Below are positions 36,532 through 48,400 of a DNA stretch of 64,000 bases, piece after piece. The position numbers and the translations under genes are program-made. The stretch lies in IMG/VR virus record IMGVR_UViG_3300028392_000061; one strand, written 5' to 3'. Source of the stretch: an uncultured virus (IMG/VR IMGVR_UViG_3300028392_000061). Taxonomy: Duplodnaviria > Heunggongvirae > Uroviricota > Caudoviricetes. Below the pieces are notes generated by a model, which was not told where the DNA came from, ran no database searches, and was given only the letters and a program-made list of their open reading frames with translations. Each line of letters opens with the position of its first letter. Positions within the stretch are counted from its first letter, which is position 1.

Positions 36532-36747
36532 TTAATTAAGCTTATCTATTTCTATTTGAAGAGCTTCTATTTGCTTTATTAATTCAGCAATATTACTATT
36601 TAATTTAGCAATAATTATTTCATCAGGAGTTGATTTTGCATTTTCTTGAAGCAAACTCAGCTCAATGTTATATTTATTATACATAACATCTTTTTGATGA
36701 GATTCTATAATATTAATTTTTTCTTCTTTTGCAAGTTCTATAGTCAT
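36532..36747 (-). CDS. small coiled-coil protein (possible fibre chaperone)
   Basis: AAGGAGG SD; TAGACA-18 nt-TATAAT upstream. Confidence 0.75.
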   Translation of the reverse strand: MTIELAKEEKINIIESHQKDVMYNKYNIELSLLQENAKSTPDEIIIAKLNSNIAELIKQIEALQIEIDKLN

Positions 36748-36794
36748 TTTTTCCTCCTTTCCTATTATATCATCCTAAGCTATCTTTTGTCTAA

Positions 36795-36992
36795 TTAATC
36801 TTGCCAAGTCCCGCCAAGACTTTTTAACTCATTAATTAAAGCTTGTTTTTTTATATCACAAGATAATAACTCATCTTGTAAAACATATTTACCTCTTGAA
36901 GCTTCTTCATTTTGAATAAATGATTCTCTGATCGCTTTTAAATTATTAAGTCTATTAATTACAATTTCAATTTTTTCTTCATTAGTAAGCAT
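36795..36992 (-). CDS. small coiled-coil protein (possible fibre chaperone)
   Basis: AAAGGAG SD. Confidence 0.7.
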   Translation of the reverse strand: MLTNEEKIEIVINRLNNLKAIRESFIQNEEASRGKYVLQDELLSCDIKKQALINELKSLGGTWQD

Positions 36993-37018
36993 ATTAAAAT
37001 TCTCCTTTATTTAAATAA

Positions 37019-38740
37019 TTATACATATGTGGTTGATGATGGGTACCATGCTGAATAATTTGAACTTCCAGCAGAGTTTGACGCTAAAACTATTCCGTCA
37101 GCATAGTTACAGTATACACCTGTGCTTGGGTTATTTGCATATGAAATTTGATATGAAGTAACATTTCCAACATTTACGGTTCCCGCATTAAAAGCATTTG
37201 CTCCAGACGCACTACTTGCAAGCCAATAAGTTACAGTATAGCTTGTTGCGCCTGTTGATGCGTTCCAAGACATTAAACCACTTCCAGATATCGTAAGTCC
37301 TGTTGGAGTTGCTGGCACAGAAACCGCATTTGATGCTGGTCCAACTTGAGAAGAAGATGCTTGTGAAGAAGTTCCTGCAGCATTTGAAGCAGTTGCCCAA
37401 GCTTTAAAATAATTTGGAACGTCTGAAGATGTGATTGTATATGTTCCAGATGAACTTGTTGTAGATGCTCTTAATGGATCGCTTGTTAATACAGGATTTG
37501 TTCCATTATGCAATTCAAGATAATAACTTGTTGGCGAATTTGTCCATCCAGCAGTTGAATATGTAATAATACTGCCAACGGCATAAGTTCCAGTATTTGT
37601 AGATATGCTTACAGTGCCGCTAGCTGGTACGCTTAAAGTTGAAGTAATAGTAACAAAATTTGATGTTGCAGTTCCACTTCCACCAGAATTTGTTGCTGTA
37701 ACTATGCAATAAATATCATACCCTACATATGTAGAGCTAGAGGTATAACTGCTACTTGTTGCACCTGAAATAGTTATATACTGGTAGTATGGCGGGGCAG
37801 CCAAAGATCTATAATAATACCATTGATAAGTATAACCAGTCGGGGATCCATTCCAACTACCATTAGTTGTTGAATAAGTATATGTAGATGTTGAATTTCT
37901 TGATACGGTTGGCCCTGCCATAGAAATTATTGTTGGGGGTGATACAGTTGCAGCATTTGTTGTTGTTGTTGCAATATTAGAATCATTACCATAATACCCT
38001 GTATAAGTTCCTGAAGTAGTTCCTGTTGATCCCGTCCAAGGTGTTATTTTAAAGTCATATGCTGTACTATATGATAAACCAGTAACGGTTGCACTTGTTG
38101 CTGACCCTGTTACTCCTCCAAAAGTTGTCCAAGTGCCTCCAGAAGTTCTGTACTGAATTTGTTGTCTTCCAGCATAAACTGATGCTGTCCAAGAAAGATT
38201 TACATTTGAAGAACCTGTCACGGCAGAGGAAGATAAATTTGTTATATCTCTACATGCCTCTATTACTACATAATCTGATGTTGATGTTTGTTCAGTGCTA
38301 TATGTTGAATTTTGAGCCCTAGAAACATACTGATAATAATTTGTTGTATTTGCAACAACATTTGCTTGATTTACAAGATATGTATCATTTGTATTGGGTG
38401 AACCTGTTGCTGGATTAGTTGATGTAGCGTAAGAAGCAATTGCTGTCCAATTTGTAGCATTAGTACTTTTTATAAATTGATAAGAAACGCTTGTTGAATC
38501 ATTCCAATGATACAACGTTCCAGTTAATGTTACCGTATAATTTGGTGAAGTTGGTATTGAAGCAGTTACAGAAACTCTTGTTTCAATAGATGGAGTTAAA
38601 GCAGATAAATAAACTAATCGCCAAGTTCCTCCACTTTTTCTCCATATGTGTTTAATTGTTACCCAAGAACCGTTGTTTTTTCGATAAACGGTTTTTATTT
38701 TAGACCAAGACCCGCTTGTTTTTCTCCATATTGATGGCAT
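37019..38740 (-). CDS. tail fibre/receptor-binding protein with FN3/Ig-like domains
   Basis: Ser/Thr-rich; NLSWTAS..VTGL..STAYDF FN3; YTYQWY Ig-like; N-terminal RKxxGxW x3. Confidence 0.8.
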   Translation of the reverse strand: MPSIWRKTSGSWSKIKTVYRKNNGSWVTIKHIWRKSGGTWRLVYLSALTPSIETRVSVTASIPTSPNYTVTLTGTLYHWNDSTSVSYQFIKSTNATNWTAIASYATSTNPATGSPNTNDTYLVNQANVVANTTNYYQYVSRAQNSTYSTEQTSTSDYVVIEACRDITNLSSSAVTGSSNVNLSWTASVYAGRQQIQYRTSGGTWTTFGGVTGSATSATVTGLSYSTAYDFKITPWTGSTGTTSGTYTGYYGNDSNIATTTTNAATVSPPTIISMAGPTVSRNSTSTYTYSTTNGSWNGSPTGYTYQWYYYRSLAAPPYYQYITISGATSSSYTSSSTYVGYDIYCIVTATNSGGSGTATSNFVTITSTLSVPASGTVSISTNTGTYAVGSIITYSTAGWTNSPTSYYLELHNGTNPVLTSDPLRASTTSSSGTYTITSSDVPNYFKAWATASNAAGTSSQASSSQVGPASNAVSVPATPTGLTISGSGLMSWNASTGATSYTVTYWLASSASGANAFNAGTVNVGNVTSYQISYANNPSTGVYCNYADGIVLASNSAGSSNYSAWYPSSTTYV

Positions 38741-38752
38741 ATTTATATTTCC

Positions 38753-41700
38753 TCACGCAGTACTAAAGAAAAAATCACCATTTACTCCAGTAGTTGTTGA
38801 AGGTGTGGTTGCTTGAGTTGTTGAAAAATAATCTGTACTACCTAAATATTGAGTTCCATCTGTATACACCACAAGAGGTCTTAGGTTTTGCATAGCTGTA
38901 TCAAAAACTGCTGCACTATTTGCTGTTCTTTCTCCTGTTGATGCGTAATTAAACCATCTTGGTTTTACTTGTGAATACCCTCCTGATTGCGTACCACCTA
39001 TCCAATAAAAATTAATAAAATCATCTCCTGGACTTATATTCATTGAAAATGAAGTTGGAGGAATTCCAAAAAGCGTTGTTGTAGATTTAAAACCTATGTA
39101 ACCAGGGCTAATACTAGATTGAGATGTAGTATTTGAAACTGTAAGCAAAGATTGGTCGCCAACTGATAAATACCCTCCTCCACTACTTACAAGATTAATA
39201 TTTCCACTTGCACCCAAGGTTGTTGTTAAAGTAGTTGTACCAAATATTGGATCTGAATACGTAGCAGATTTAGATATAGAATTTGTACTAATAGTCCATC
39301 CCGCAATATTTCCAGTTGAACCAGATATATCTCCTTTAAAATATGCGCTTCCTGCAGTTTGCCCCGTTACTCCCGAACCAACAATTCTAAATGATGGAGA
39401 AGTTATGCTTGAGTTATCAAGATTTATAGACATTCCACTGACAGAGAATCCAGATCCATCTGATGCTTGTGTAGAGCCTGTTCCTGGGAATGATCCATTT
39501 TTAATAGTTCCCGTTGTTATTTGACCACCAGAAATTGAAGTTGATGTTGTTAAATAATTTGAGGGTATAGTTTGTAATGCAGTAGCGCCTGCTGCTGCTC
39601 CAGATGTGACCGTGGATGCAAGAACATTATTAATTGATGCGCCTCCGCCTATCTTAACTGTTCCATCAGCTAATACTGTAAATGCGTTTGCTGTGTTAGC
39701 AACTCCTTGATTTCCCGCCCACAATACAACAGAAGAACTTGCAGTAGGCGCAGCCATACCAACATAATATCCTGTAGTTGATGCTGAAATTCTTGCATTA
39801 GTTGAATCAAGTAAAATTGTTCCTGTGCCAGATGTACTATATATTGTTCCTGGATTTGTAGATGTACTTATTAACCATCCACCAATCTTTGCAGATGTTG
39901 TTTGAAATAATCCTGTTGATGAATCAATAGTTGTAATACCTTTTGTACCACTTGTATTAAATGTAATTCCGCTAGAATTAAGAACATATCCAGTTGTTAT
40001 ATCAATAACTTGTGCAATTGGGGCTGTTGTTGCAATTACAGCAGTCCCCGCAATTCCAGTAATTGTTACATCAAAGCTATTAGCAACTACGTTAACTGCA
40101 GCAATTTTATAAATTCCACTAAATGAGCCAACTGAGGCACCTGTTACCCCTGATATATAAACAGTGCTATTTGTTGTTAAAGAGTGTGATGCTGATAATA
40201 CATATCTTGCTGTATTTGTTGATGGTATAGAAACTGCAGTAATTGTTTGAGTCAATGCTGTTCCTGAATAAGTAGATCCTCCAATAAGAAGGTTTCCTGT
40301 TACAGAACCAGATTGTGCGGTTATAACACCAGTTATATTTGCTGATGTTGCAGTCAAGGCACCTTGACCAGTTACTTTAAATACATTTGCCGCATTAATT
40401 AAATCTGAAGATGAGCCATCTCCAATAATAGAAATCTTTCTAGCCGTTACTTGCCCTGTTGGAGTAACTAAGAAGCTAGCACTTGAATCTCCTCCGCTTG
40501 TTGTAGATCCTGCCCAAAACGAATATGTTCCAGTAGCTGACAGTCCAACATAATTTGATGATGAGCCAAGTGTATTTTGTATTTTTGTATCATTAATTGA
40601 CCAATCTCCAATTTGAGCTGAAGTGGTTTTAAATGTATATCCTCCAGATGCAGCAAGAGTTGGGTTAGCAATAATAGATGTTGTTGCAGCAGCATTTGTT
40701 CCATCAAAAGCAAATATACCAACATAAGGATCTGTTGGAATTGCTTTAATAACTACTCTTTTACCAGAAGATGCTGCGTCTCCTACATAAACCGCTCCCG
40801 ATGTTCCACTTACTTGCACTGCAGTTGAAATAGTACCAATTGCACCTGGATCAACTGGATGAACAGTAACAGAGTTAGAAATTAATGAAGAATTATCATA
40901 ATCATCATAAAATTTACAAATGATATAAAAGTCTTCATACAAGTTGTTTGTTATATCTGCTGGACTTAAACCAGAATATACTAAACCATTAATTTTAAAA
41001 CTACTTCCTGCAGAAGGGGTTGATGTTAAATTATTATTTAAAGTTAATGTAAAATTGGGAGATGTATAAGATACTGCTGTCACATAAGTATTAGGAGCAA
41101 TTCCATTTCCAGTTACTTTATATCCTGTTGGTAATGCTCCATTTATATTTCCCGCCGTTGCTATTGTATTTAAAGCATTGTCTTTGACGCTTGTTATTAC
41201 AAGAGTATTACTTCCACTTGATCCAGATACATAAGTTCCATTAAAATAATCTATTGGACTTGTTATTGATCCCCAAACTGTACGTTTTTGATATATCTCT
41301 CCATAAGTTGCATTTGTTGAAGAAAAATCAAATACAATTTGATATCCATCAGCAACGTTAAATCCTGATATAGAAGGAGTATATGAGGCTAGGCTAGAGG
41401 TTCTAGAAAATGTTGTAATTGATTTTCCAGAACTTCTTACACCTGAAGAGTTAACAGAAATGAGTAAGCCCGAAAAAGATGAATAATGTGTCCCAAATTG
41501 ATTAAATAAATCTGCTTTAGTTATTGTAAATGTTTGAGATGTAATATTTGTTGCTGTTGGAGAAAAATAAAAATATCCAACTTTAGCTGCATTGCCTGTA
41601 TATACTAATTTTACTATATAGCTAATTGATGAATATTGGGCTACTCCACCAGTTCCCGACCCTTGTTGACTTCCTGAAATTGTAAATGTGGTTGTTGATT

Positions 41701-43645
41701 CCGTAGGTACGGTAACAACTCCAGAAACATTGTATCCACTTAATGACATTCCAGCTATTGTTATCTGATCTCCAGTATATAAGCCATGTGCGCCTGTAGT
41801 AGTATAAGTCATTGTTGTGCCGTTTCCAGTTGCAGTGACACCTGTAAGTGAATATACAGTAGTTGAAACATTTATATCTTCACCTGTACCACTAGATGTA
41901 AATGCAGTACTTACTGAGTTTACATCATTTGGAGCATTAACATTTAATGTAACTGGGGAGTTTGGAGTAATTGTTATTACAGATGAATAACCTTGAGAAC
42001 TACCCGTAATATCTAAAAATCTAGCTCTAACATATCTTAAATTTAAATTAGAAGCAAGAACAATTGCAGGATTTAAAGTTCCTGAATACACAACTGAATA
42101 ACCAGTTGAAGATGAAGTTGTTGATTCTGAAATTTCTATTAATGTAAGCGGATCAGTTGGAGCTGTATATGAAATTGTATATCCATTATTAATTGGTGAT
42201 CCTGTAATAACTGGGGGAGTTTGACTTGAAACATATGACGCTACAGATGTTGGACTTGCAGATGTGCTTAAATTGCCAAACGAGTCTTGTACTTTTACAC
42301 TAATTGCAGATATAGATGTTGAAGCTAGTCCAAACAATGCTTGATTTTGCGACCAAGTAAACGCATATGAATTACTAGTTACTGGCACACTTATATTTTT
42401 AGTAACAGAATTTTCAGTAAAAGATATTATAAAATTTTGAGCATATTGATTTGCTGTATCTGCTGAATTCCAAGTCCAAGAAAGATTAAGTGTTGATCCA
42501 GACCATACTGTTCCATACGGGGAAGATGATGAAAATACAACTGGATTTGGAACAATTAAAGTATTACCAGACTTTTTATTAGTAATTGCACCTGCTATAT
42601 CAGAGCTAGTTGCAGAAAATGAACCATCAGAATACCAGTAGTTTTTAGAATCAATGTATAAACCAGTTTTATCAGTGCCATTTATATTAGAACCAATAGT
42701 AACTGTTCCCGCAGTTACAGTTCCCGCAAAATAAGCTTTACCTGTTATAGCATCTATATAAAATTCTTTTGCGCCACTATTAAATCCTGCCAAACCCGTT
42801 TTATTTAATATGACACCTGTACCAGTTGTAGTCCCATTAACAACATCTAGCAATCCTGCATCTGATCCAAAATCTCCCGCAAAAATTGAACCTCCATCTA
42901 ACAATATGTCTCCATTGTTATTGGTTGTTATATGATTTGTTCCTGCTGATGAAAATCCTGGAGTTGTTATATAAATTGGTTCTGAATATTCAGAGTATAC
43001 AGATTGTCCATCAGAATCAATTGTTTTTGCACGAATTTTAATACTATATGTTTGATTTGGATTTAAATTTCTAATTTTTAAAGACGTTCTATTTGATGAA
43101 TTAAGATCAGATGGGATAGGAGCATCTGTTGCACCAGTTGGAGTATTTGACCCAGCGGCAGAAGAATTTTTAATTACTCCACCATCAATTGTTAAGCCAG
43201 AAGGCGAACTTGGTTTTACTGGACCAGAGCCTGCATTTGATGATGTTGAAGTATTTGATGATGTTGAACTATTTGTATTTGATGTAAAACTTGAAAGTGG
43301 ATCATAATATGTTGTTGTTTTTGCTGAAGGCATAACAATAGAATTGACTGGATTTGCAGTAGAATTAGAATAATTTCTTAATGTACCAGCTTCTGAACCA
43401 TTATAAGGTCTTCCAGTTAAATAATATTTTTTACTGGCTGAAAGACCAGTAAATCTGTATGTTATGCTTGCACCAATTGCATATGGCAAAGGTATTGTAT
43501 ATGATTTTTGAATTGGAGCACTAACTAAATCTGTTGCAGTCATTATAAATATAATTTTTGTACAGTTTGTTGGGCGGGTAAAAGTAATATCTACATAAGT
43601 AGTTCCTACTGAACAATGCATTCCAGCTAAAGTACCTACTGCCAT
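38753..43645 (-). CDS. large tail fibre/host-specificity protein
   Basis: 1630 aa, Ser/Thr/Gly-rich; FN3-like segments; three IxxWxI repeats. Confidence 0.85.
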   Translation of the reverse strand: MAVGTLAGMHCSVGTTYVDITFTRPTNCTKIIFIMTATDLVSAPIQKSYTIPLPYAIGASITYRFTGLSASKKYYLTGRPYNGSEAGTLRNYSNSTANPVNSIVMPSAKTTTYYDPLSSFTSNTNSSTSSNTSTSSNAGSGPVKPSSPSGLTIDGGVIKNSSAAGSNTPTGATDAPIPSDLNSSNRTSLKIRNLNPNQTYSIKIRAKTIDSDGQSVYSEYSEPIYITTPGFSSAGTNHITTNNNGDILLDGGSIFAGDFGSDAGLLDVVNGTTTGTGVILNKTGLAGFNSGAKEFYIDAITGKAYFAGTVTAGTVTIGSNINGTDKTGLYIDSKNYWYSDGSFSATSSDIAGAITNKKSGNTLIVPNPVVFSSSSPYGTVWSGSTLNLSWTWNSADTANQYAQNFIISFTENSVTKNISVPVTSNSYAFTWSQNQALFGLASTSISAISVKVQDSFGNLSTSASPTSVASYVSSQTPPVITGSPINNGYTISYTAPTDPLTLIEISESTTSSSTGYSVVYSGTLNPAIVLASNLNLRYVRARFLDITGSSQGYSSVITITPNSPVTLNVNAPNDVNSVSTAFTSSGTGEDINVSTTVYSLTGVTATGNGTTMTYTTTGAHGLYTGDQITIAGMSLSGYNVSGVVTVPTESTTTFTISGSQQGSGTGGVAQYSSISYIVKLVYTGNAAKVGYFYFSPTATNITSQTFTITKADLFNQFGTHYSSFSGLLISVNSSGVRSSGKSITTFSRTSSLASYTPSISGFNVADGYQIVFDFSSTNATYGEIYQKRTVWGSITSPIDYFNGTYVSGSSGSNTLVITSVKDNALNTIATAGNINGALPTGYKVTGNGIAPNTYVTAVSYTSPNFTLTLNNNLTSTPSAGSSFKINGLVYSGLSPADITNNLYEDFYIICKFYDDYDNSSLISNSVTVHPVDPGAIGTISTAVQVSGTSGAVYVGDAASSGKRVVIKAIPTDPYVGIFAFDGTNAAATTSIIANPTLAASGGYTFKTTSAQIGDWSINDTKIQNTLGSSSNYVGLSATGTYSFWAGSTTSGGDSSASFLVTPTGQVTARKISIIGDGSSSDLINAANVFKVTGQGALTATSANITGVITAQSGSVTGNLLIGGSTYSGTALTQTITAVSIPSTNTARYVLSASHSLTTNSTVYISGVTGASVGSFSGIYKIAAVNVVANSFDVTITGIAGTAVIATTAPIAQVIDITTGYVLNSSGITFNTSGTKGITTIDSSTGLFQTTSAKIGGWLISTSTNPGTIYSTSGTGTILLDSTNARISASTTGYYVGMAAPTASSSVVLWAGNQGVANTANAFTVLADGTVKIGGGASINNVLASTVTSGAAAGATALQTIPSNYLTTSTSISGGQITTGTIKNGSFPGTGSTQASDGSGFSVSGMSINLDNSSITSPSFRIVGSGVTGQTAGSAYFKGDISGSTGNIAGWTISTNSISKSATYSDPIFGTTTLTTTLGASGNINLVSSGGGYLSVGDQSLLTVSNTTSQSSISPGYIGFKSTTTLFGIPPTSFSMNISPGDDFINFYWIGGTQSGGYSQVKPRWFNYASTGERTANSAAVFDTAMQNLRPLVVYTDGTQYLGSTDYFSTTQATTPSTTTGVNGDFFFSTA

Positions 43646-43661
43646 TTAATTTACCCCCTTA

Positions 43662-44588
43662 CTATAATATTTGAACGTAATATTCAACATCCAAAGGTGT
43701 TCCATAAATCTTAGCAATTGGTGTTGAAAGTACAGATTTACTAATTAAATAATCTTCACTTGTAAGTTCTGCAGTGGATGATGTTTTTATTGCATCAATT
43801 GTAACTGAAGCTGTATTATCCGTAGTAATTCTGACCGTTTCAATTGTACTATTAAATAAAACATCTGATGGAAAGGGGGCGCTTAAAATTTGATATCCTG
43901 AGTTATCTTCTAGAGTGTAAGTAAAAACAAAAGAATTATTATCTGTATCTACAAGCGTTATTGTTAAAACTCCCGCCACTGTATTATAAGCTAATATTTT
44001 TAATGTATCTAAACTAGAATATCCTAGTAGACTAAAAGCAAATGTGTTGTTTTCATACTTTGTATTTTGTGCAAGATCTACTGAAAACCCTCCAATTCTT
44101 GGAGATGCTTCACCTTGTGGAGAATAACCAGTTAAATATACTGTGCCTTGATTTAAAATATTTTGTGATTGATCATTTATACTTGCAACCCAATTTGAAA
44201 GATCAGAAAATGCAGTAATAATTCTATCATTTCTATTTGCAACATCTGTTATTTTTGAATCTGGATACAATCCAATTTCATAAATATTTGCATATATACT
44301 TTCTGGCAAAGTTCCTCTAACTATAATTAAATCTGGATTATTACTAGTTGCAGATTTGTAAGTTTTTAAAGATACGGGAATCCTCATTGTTTCAAAATTT
44401 AATTCAATATCAGAAACAGATGGCGCAGTATTTATTGCTCCTAGTGCCATATCTGATGCCCAATTAGAACGCACTCCAGAAAGATATTGCAAAAGAACTT
44501 TTCTGCCATTTGTAGTAATAAGATTTTCAGATCTGCCTATTTCTATTCCATTTTGCTTAAATATATAAGTGCCTTTAAAAGTTAACAT
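43662..44588 (-). CDS. minor tail/baseplate protein
   Basis: NLITTNGR...IYEIGLY; position in tail module. Confidence 0.7.
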   Translation of the reverse strand: MLTFKGTYIFKQNGIEIGRSENLITTNGRKVLLQYLSGVRSNWASDMALGAINTAPSVSDIELNFETMRIPVSLKTYKSATSNNPDLIIVRGTLPESIYANIYEIGLYPDSKITDVANRNDRIITAFSDLSNWVASINDQSQNILNQGTVYLTGYSPQGEASPRIGGFSVDLAQNTKYENNTFAFSLLGYSSLDTLKILAYNTVAGVLTITLVDTDNNSFVFTYTLEDNSGYQILSAPFPSDVLFNSTIETVRITTDNTASVTIDAIKTSSTAELTSEDYLISKSVLSTPIAKIYGTPLDVEYYVQIL

Positions 44589-45384
44589 TATAAGTTACCG
44601 TCCCCGATTGTGAATTTGAATACTTTACTGCAATTTTAAAAGAATAAATTCCGCTTAAAGATTTTCCTACTTCTGGAGTTAAATTAAAATAATGCAATCC
44701 ATTTGTTGTACTAATTTCTGCATTAGTATGCCATAACTTGGTTTTTTTCCCATTAGCTTCTTTTTGATTTATTCCAGTTACTGTTACTTCATAACCAATT
44801 GCTTGAGGTACTGGTTTCCATGTTAACTGTATTAAGCTTGATAATTTTTGTCTTGTTTGGATTGTAGATTGAATAACTTTTGCATTTACAGTTGTGCTAG
44901 TAATAGTTTTTGTGGCTGCTGCATTTGTAGTTGAAGCACCACCAGTTGCAGCAATTGCAGAAATTACTTGATGATTAGAAATTAAGGGTTCTGCTTCATA
45001 TTCAATTGTTGAATTTAAATCAATATCACTTATTGTTTTATCAAAACTAATAGTAACATTAATCAACGGTGCACTGCCTGAAGTTATATATTCCGTATCT
45101 GACTTTGAAATAATATCCCAATACAAATTTGTAGGCGGATGCAAGTAATTAACTTCAACTTCATTTGAAGGGTCTTCTACACCGCTGTAATTTACTATAA
45201 AATTTTGTTTACTTAAATACTCTCTATATTTTTCTTCAGATAAGACAGTAACTTCTCCAACATAGTTGGCTATATAAAATGGAGTATTCCTAGGATCTGT
45301 GGCAGAAATAACAAGGGTTTTACGTTTTTGTACGCTTCCCGCCACAGTTGTGGGGGTTCTATTACTTACATATTGGTTTGTCAT
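44575..45384 (-). CDS. minor tail protein with FN3-like C-terminus
   Basis: IQLTWKPVPQAIGYEV; AAGGAGG SD. Confidence 0.7.
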   Translation of the reverse strand: MTNQYVSNRTPTTVAGSVQKRKTLVISATDPRNTPFYIANYVGEVTVLSEEKYREYLSKQNFIVNYSGVEDPSNEVEVNYLHPPTNLYWDIISKSDTEYITSGSAPLINVTISFDKTISDIDLNSTIEYEAEPLISNHQVISAIAATGGASTTNAAATKTITSTTVNAKVIQSTIQTRQKLSSLIQLTWKPVPQAIGYEVTVTGINQKEANGKKTKLWHTNAEISTTNGLHYFNLTPEVGKSLSGIYSFKIAVKYSNSQSGTVTYNVNF

Positions 45385-45409
45385 CTGTCCTCCTTTCCAA
45401 TTATACCAT

Positions 45410-48400
45410 CTAGCTTGTTGCTATCTGGTTTAGCACTAACACTGTTTTTAAGCCTTGATCAAATATTTGATTAACACCTTGAACAAAATATGTTTGATTA
45501 GATATATTCTTTAGTGAATAATTAACCTTAACAACATCTCCAATTTCAAATAATGGATTTCCATATATTGAAACTTGAGTATCTCTGCTAAAGCCATCAA
45601 TAGCTTTAAATATATTTTTTAAAATTCCTAGTGCTGCCCTTTTTGATTGAACCCAGTTAGATCTTATTTCTATTCCCTCATTAATATTTGCGGGGTCAAA
45701 AATTTTTTCTACTGAAATTTCACTACTTAAAGCAATCAAACTACTTGTATTTACTAAAAAATCAACATCTATTGGATTTTTGCCATCTGGACTTTTTTTA
45801 AGCCAAATTGCTGAAGGCGATCCATTTATAATTACAAACCTTCCTCTAAATCCAGAACTGTATATGCTTGAGTATGATAAAGCATCAACTGCAACATTTA
45901 CATTTTGCAATAAATATTCACTAACGCCAACTTTTGCTTTTTCTGGTGTATATTCTGAATTTTTTGTATAGTAAAACCAACGGTACGGTGCTGGTAATGC
46001 ATAAGCATTCATAGCTGGTGCTAATTGATATTGAACATCATAATAATTTATGCCAAATACTTGAGGTTTTGTTTGCATCATATAATTAATTTCAAATATT
46101 TTATGACCGCCTGCAATTGAATTTGCAAAACTAGGTAGTTGCCAATGATAATAAATTGATGCGTCATCTAGTTCTGATTGTGTTGCATATAATTCTGAAA
46201 ACACTATGCTTCCTGTAGTTTCAACTTGTGGATTTGATACACGTGTAAAGATTCCATAATAACCAGTTGTATCAATATCTATGTCTTTTGTTGAAACTTC
46301 TAATCTTTTTTTATTTAAATAAATCTCAAATGAGGGCGATTTAATAGTTTTTCCTTTAACTACAGTGCTTGTTGGATTTTTTATTTTAACAAATTTTAGA
46401 TTAAGAGTTTTACCAAATTCTTCAAATGGAGATTTTAAAGGATATAATTCTACATCATCTAGCAACTTTGAACTTACAACAAGATATTTAATAGAAGCGC
46501 CATCTTTTTCTAGCAGTGAATTAGAATCAGAAACTTGATAAACATATAAACGATATTCAAAACTTGTTGTTGTTTTACCTGAAGAAGACTTTCCTGATCC
46601 AACAACCTTTCTTATTTCTACATATGTTGGATTAACACCAATATTCATTACTATTCCGCCGCCCATTCCAACATTCATTGGATATTCAGAATTTGTTCCA
46701 ATGTGCATCTTAGTTGAAAATGTATAATATGGGTGCGCTGATTCGCTTTGTTCATTATTGTTAGGTTTTAAAACACTATATACCCCCGCAGTTTTTGCTG
46801 GTAAAACAATTTTATTATCTATGATTGAAGGGTATTCTCCAGAGACATAGGACATTCTTGAGTATAAAGAATTTGGATCTGAAGGATTGTTAATGCTGTT
46901 AGATATAATATTGTGTGTTCTTACTGGTGTATTAAAAAGACCTCTAGATACATTAGCTATTTTTCCTGTTGGTTCATATCTAACCGTGCCACCAAAACCA
47001 GATCTTGCAGAAAAATCTGATACCGCCGCACTTAGATCAGCACTATTTCCTACAATAACTCTATAATCGTTATCTGTGTTTGTTGCACTTACAGACCTAG
47101 TATCTAAAATTTGTGTTGAAAATTTAAATTCTTTATCTTTAAAAGATACAATTTCTCCTTCTATAATTCCAAATCCTTCGTGGTCTATGCCAAAAGAATT
47201 GAAATTACTAATTAAATCTTTAGGGTCTAGGCGGAAATAATTTTGAGAATTAGTTGTTATTGATTCACTTAAATAATTAAATGTACAAACATCTTCTTTA
47301 TCTAATTCCCAAACAATATCATATTTATCAATAATACTTGTTGTCAAAGACTGTGTATTTGCAAGACCTTCAATGTCAAAAGTTTTATTAATTTGAGGAA
47401 TTTTAAATTTAAATGTAGCTTTTCCAAGTTTTGTTTTTACATTTTCAGTATATGTGTCTTGAGTAATATTACTTGTTACAGTAAGATTGTCTGTATAGCC
47501 ACCTGCAGTTGTAATAGCTTGTGGATTAGAATTATCATGTAGCAAAAGGTTTGGTTGTGTATTTGAAAGAATATTTTCTAAACTTAAAAATTTCATAACA
47601 CCATATGAATCAATATAAGCCCCAATTTGATAAACTTCAAATAATTCTCTTAAAACATCAAAAACTTTTTGTTGTTGTCCATCAGCATAAAAAAATGAAG
47701 AATCAATTGGTTGTTTATTTTTATGAACAGATCCATCAACCAAAGTTGTATTAGACATTGTAACTTTTCTTAAACTATCATAATCATAATCTGTAAATCC
47801 AGCCATATCTAATATATTAGTTATAATATTAAATACATCTTGAGATTTAGATACATAGTCAGTAGGTGATAGCAATTGAAGGTATTTTGAAATATCAAAT
47901 GCTGTTACTGTTGTTCTTTGTAAGTCTTGTCCGTCCCAGCTTTCTGCATACCATACCCCGCCTGGAATTACTTTATCTGAAGAACTTGCTCCAGGAACGC
48001 CATCTTTAATCACATAGTTAACATAAAATTTTACATTCTTTTTAAACAATCCAGCAAGAGGAGATTTTGAAGAATTATTTGAAAATATACTTAAAACATA
48101 ATTACTAACATTAAATGGAATATTAGAAAGATGTATTAAAGCACTATTAGAAGATATTGCAGAAATTGGTAATGGGTTTTGTTTATTATCTAACTCCGAA
48201 GTTGTTTCTACATTCATTACAAAATTACTTAGATCTAATTCAATTCTTGGAGAAATTTCAACAACTTGCAACCTTTTCATATCTGCTTGATATTGAGTAT
48301 ATCTGCCAGGTACGCTTACTGTTGTATCTTCAAAATATCTAAAATTTCCTGTTACATCTGCAGAAGGAGATGTGTATTCTGTTTTAATCTCTGCCGAATT

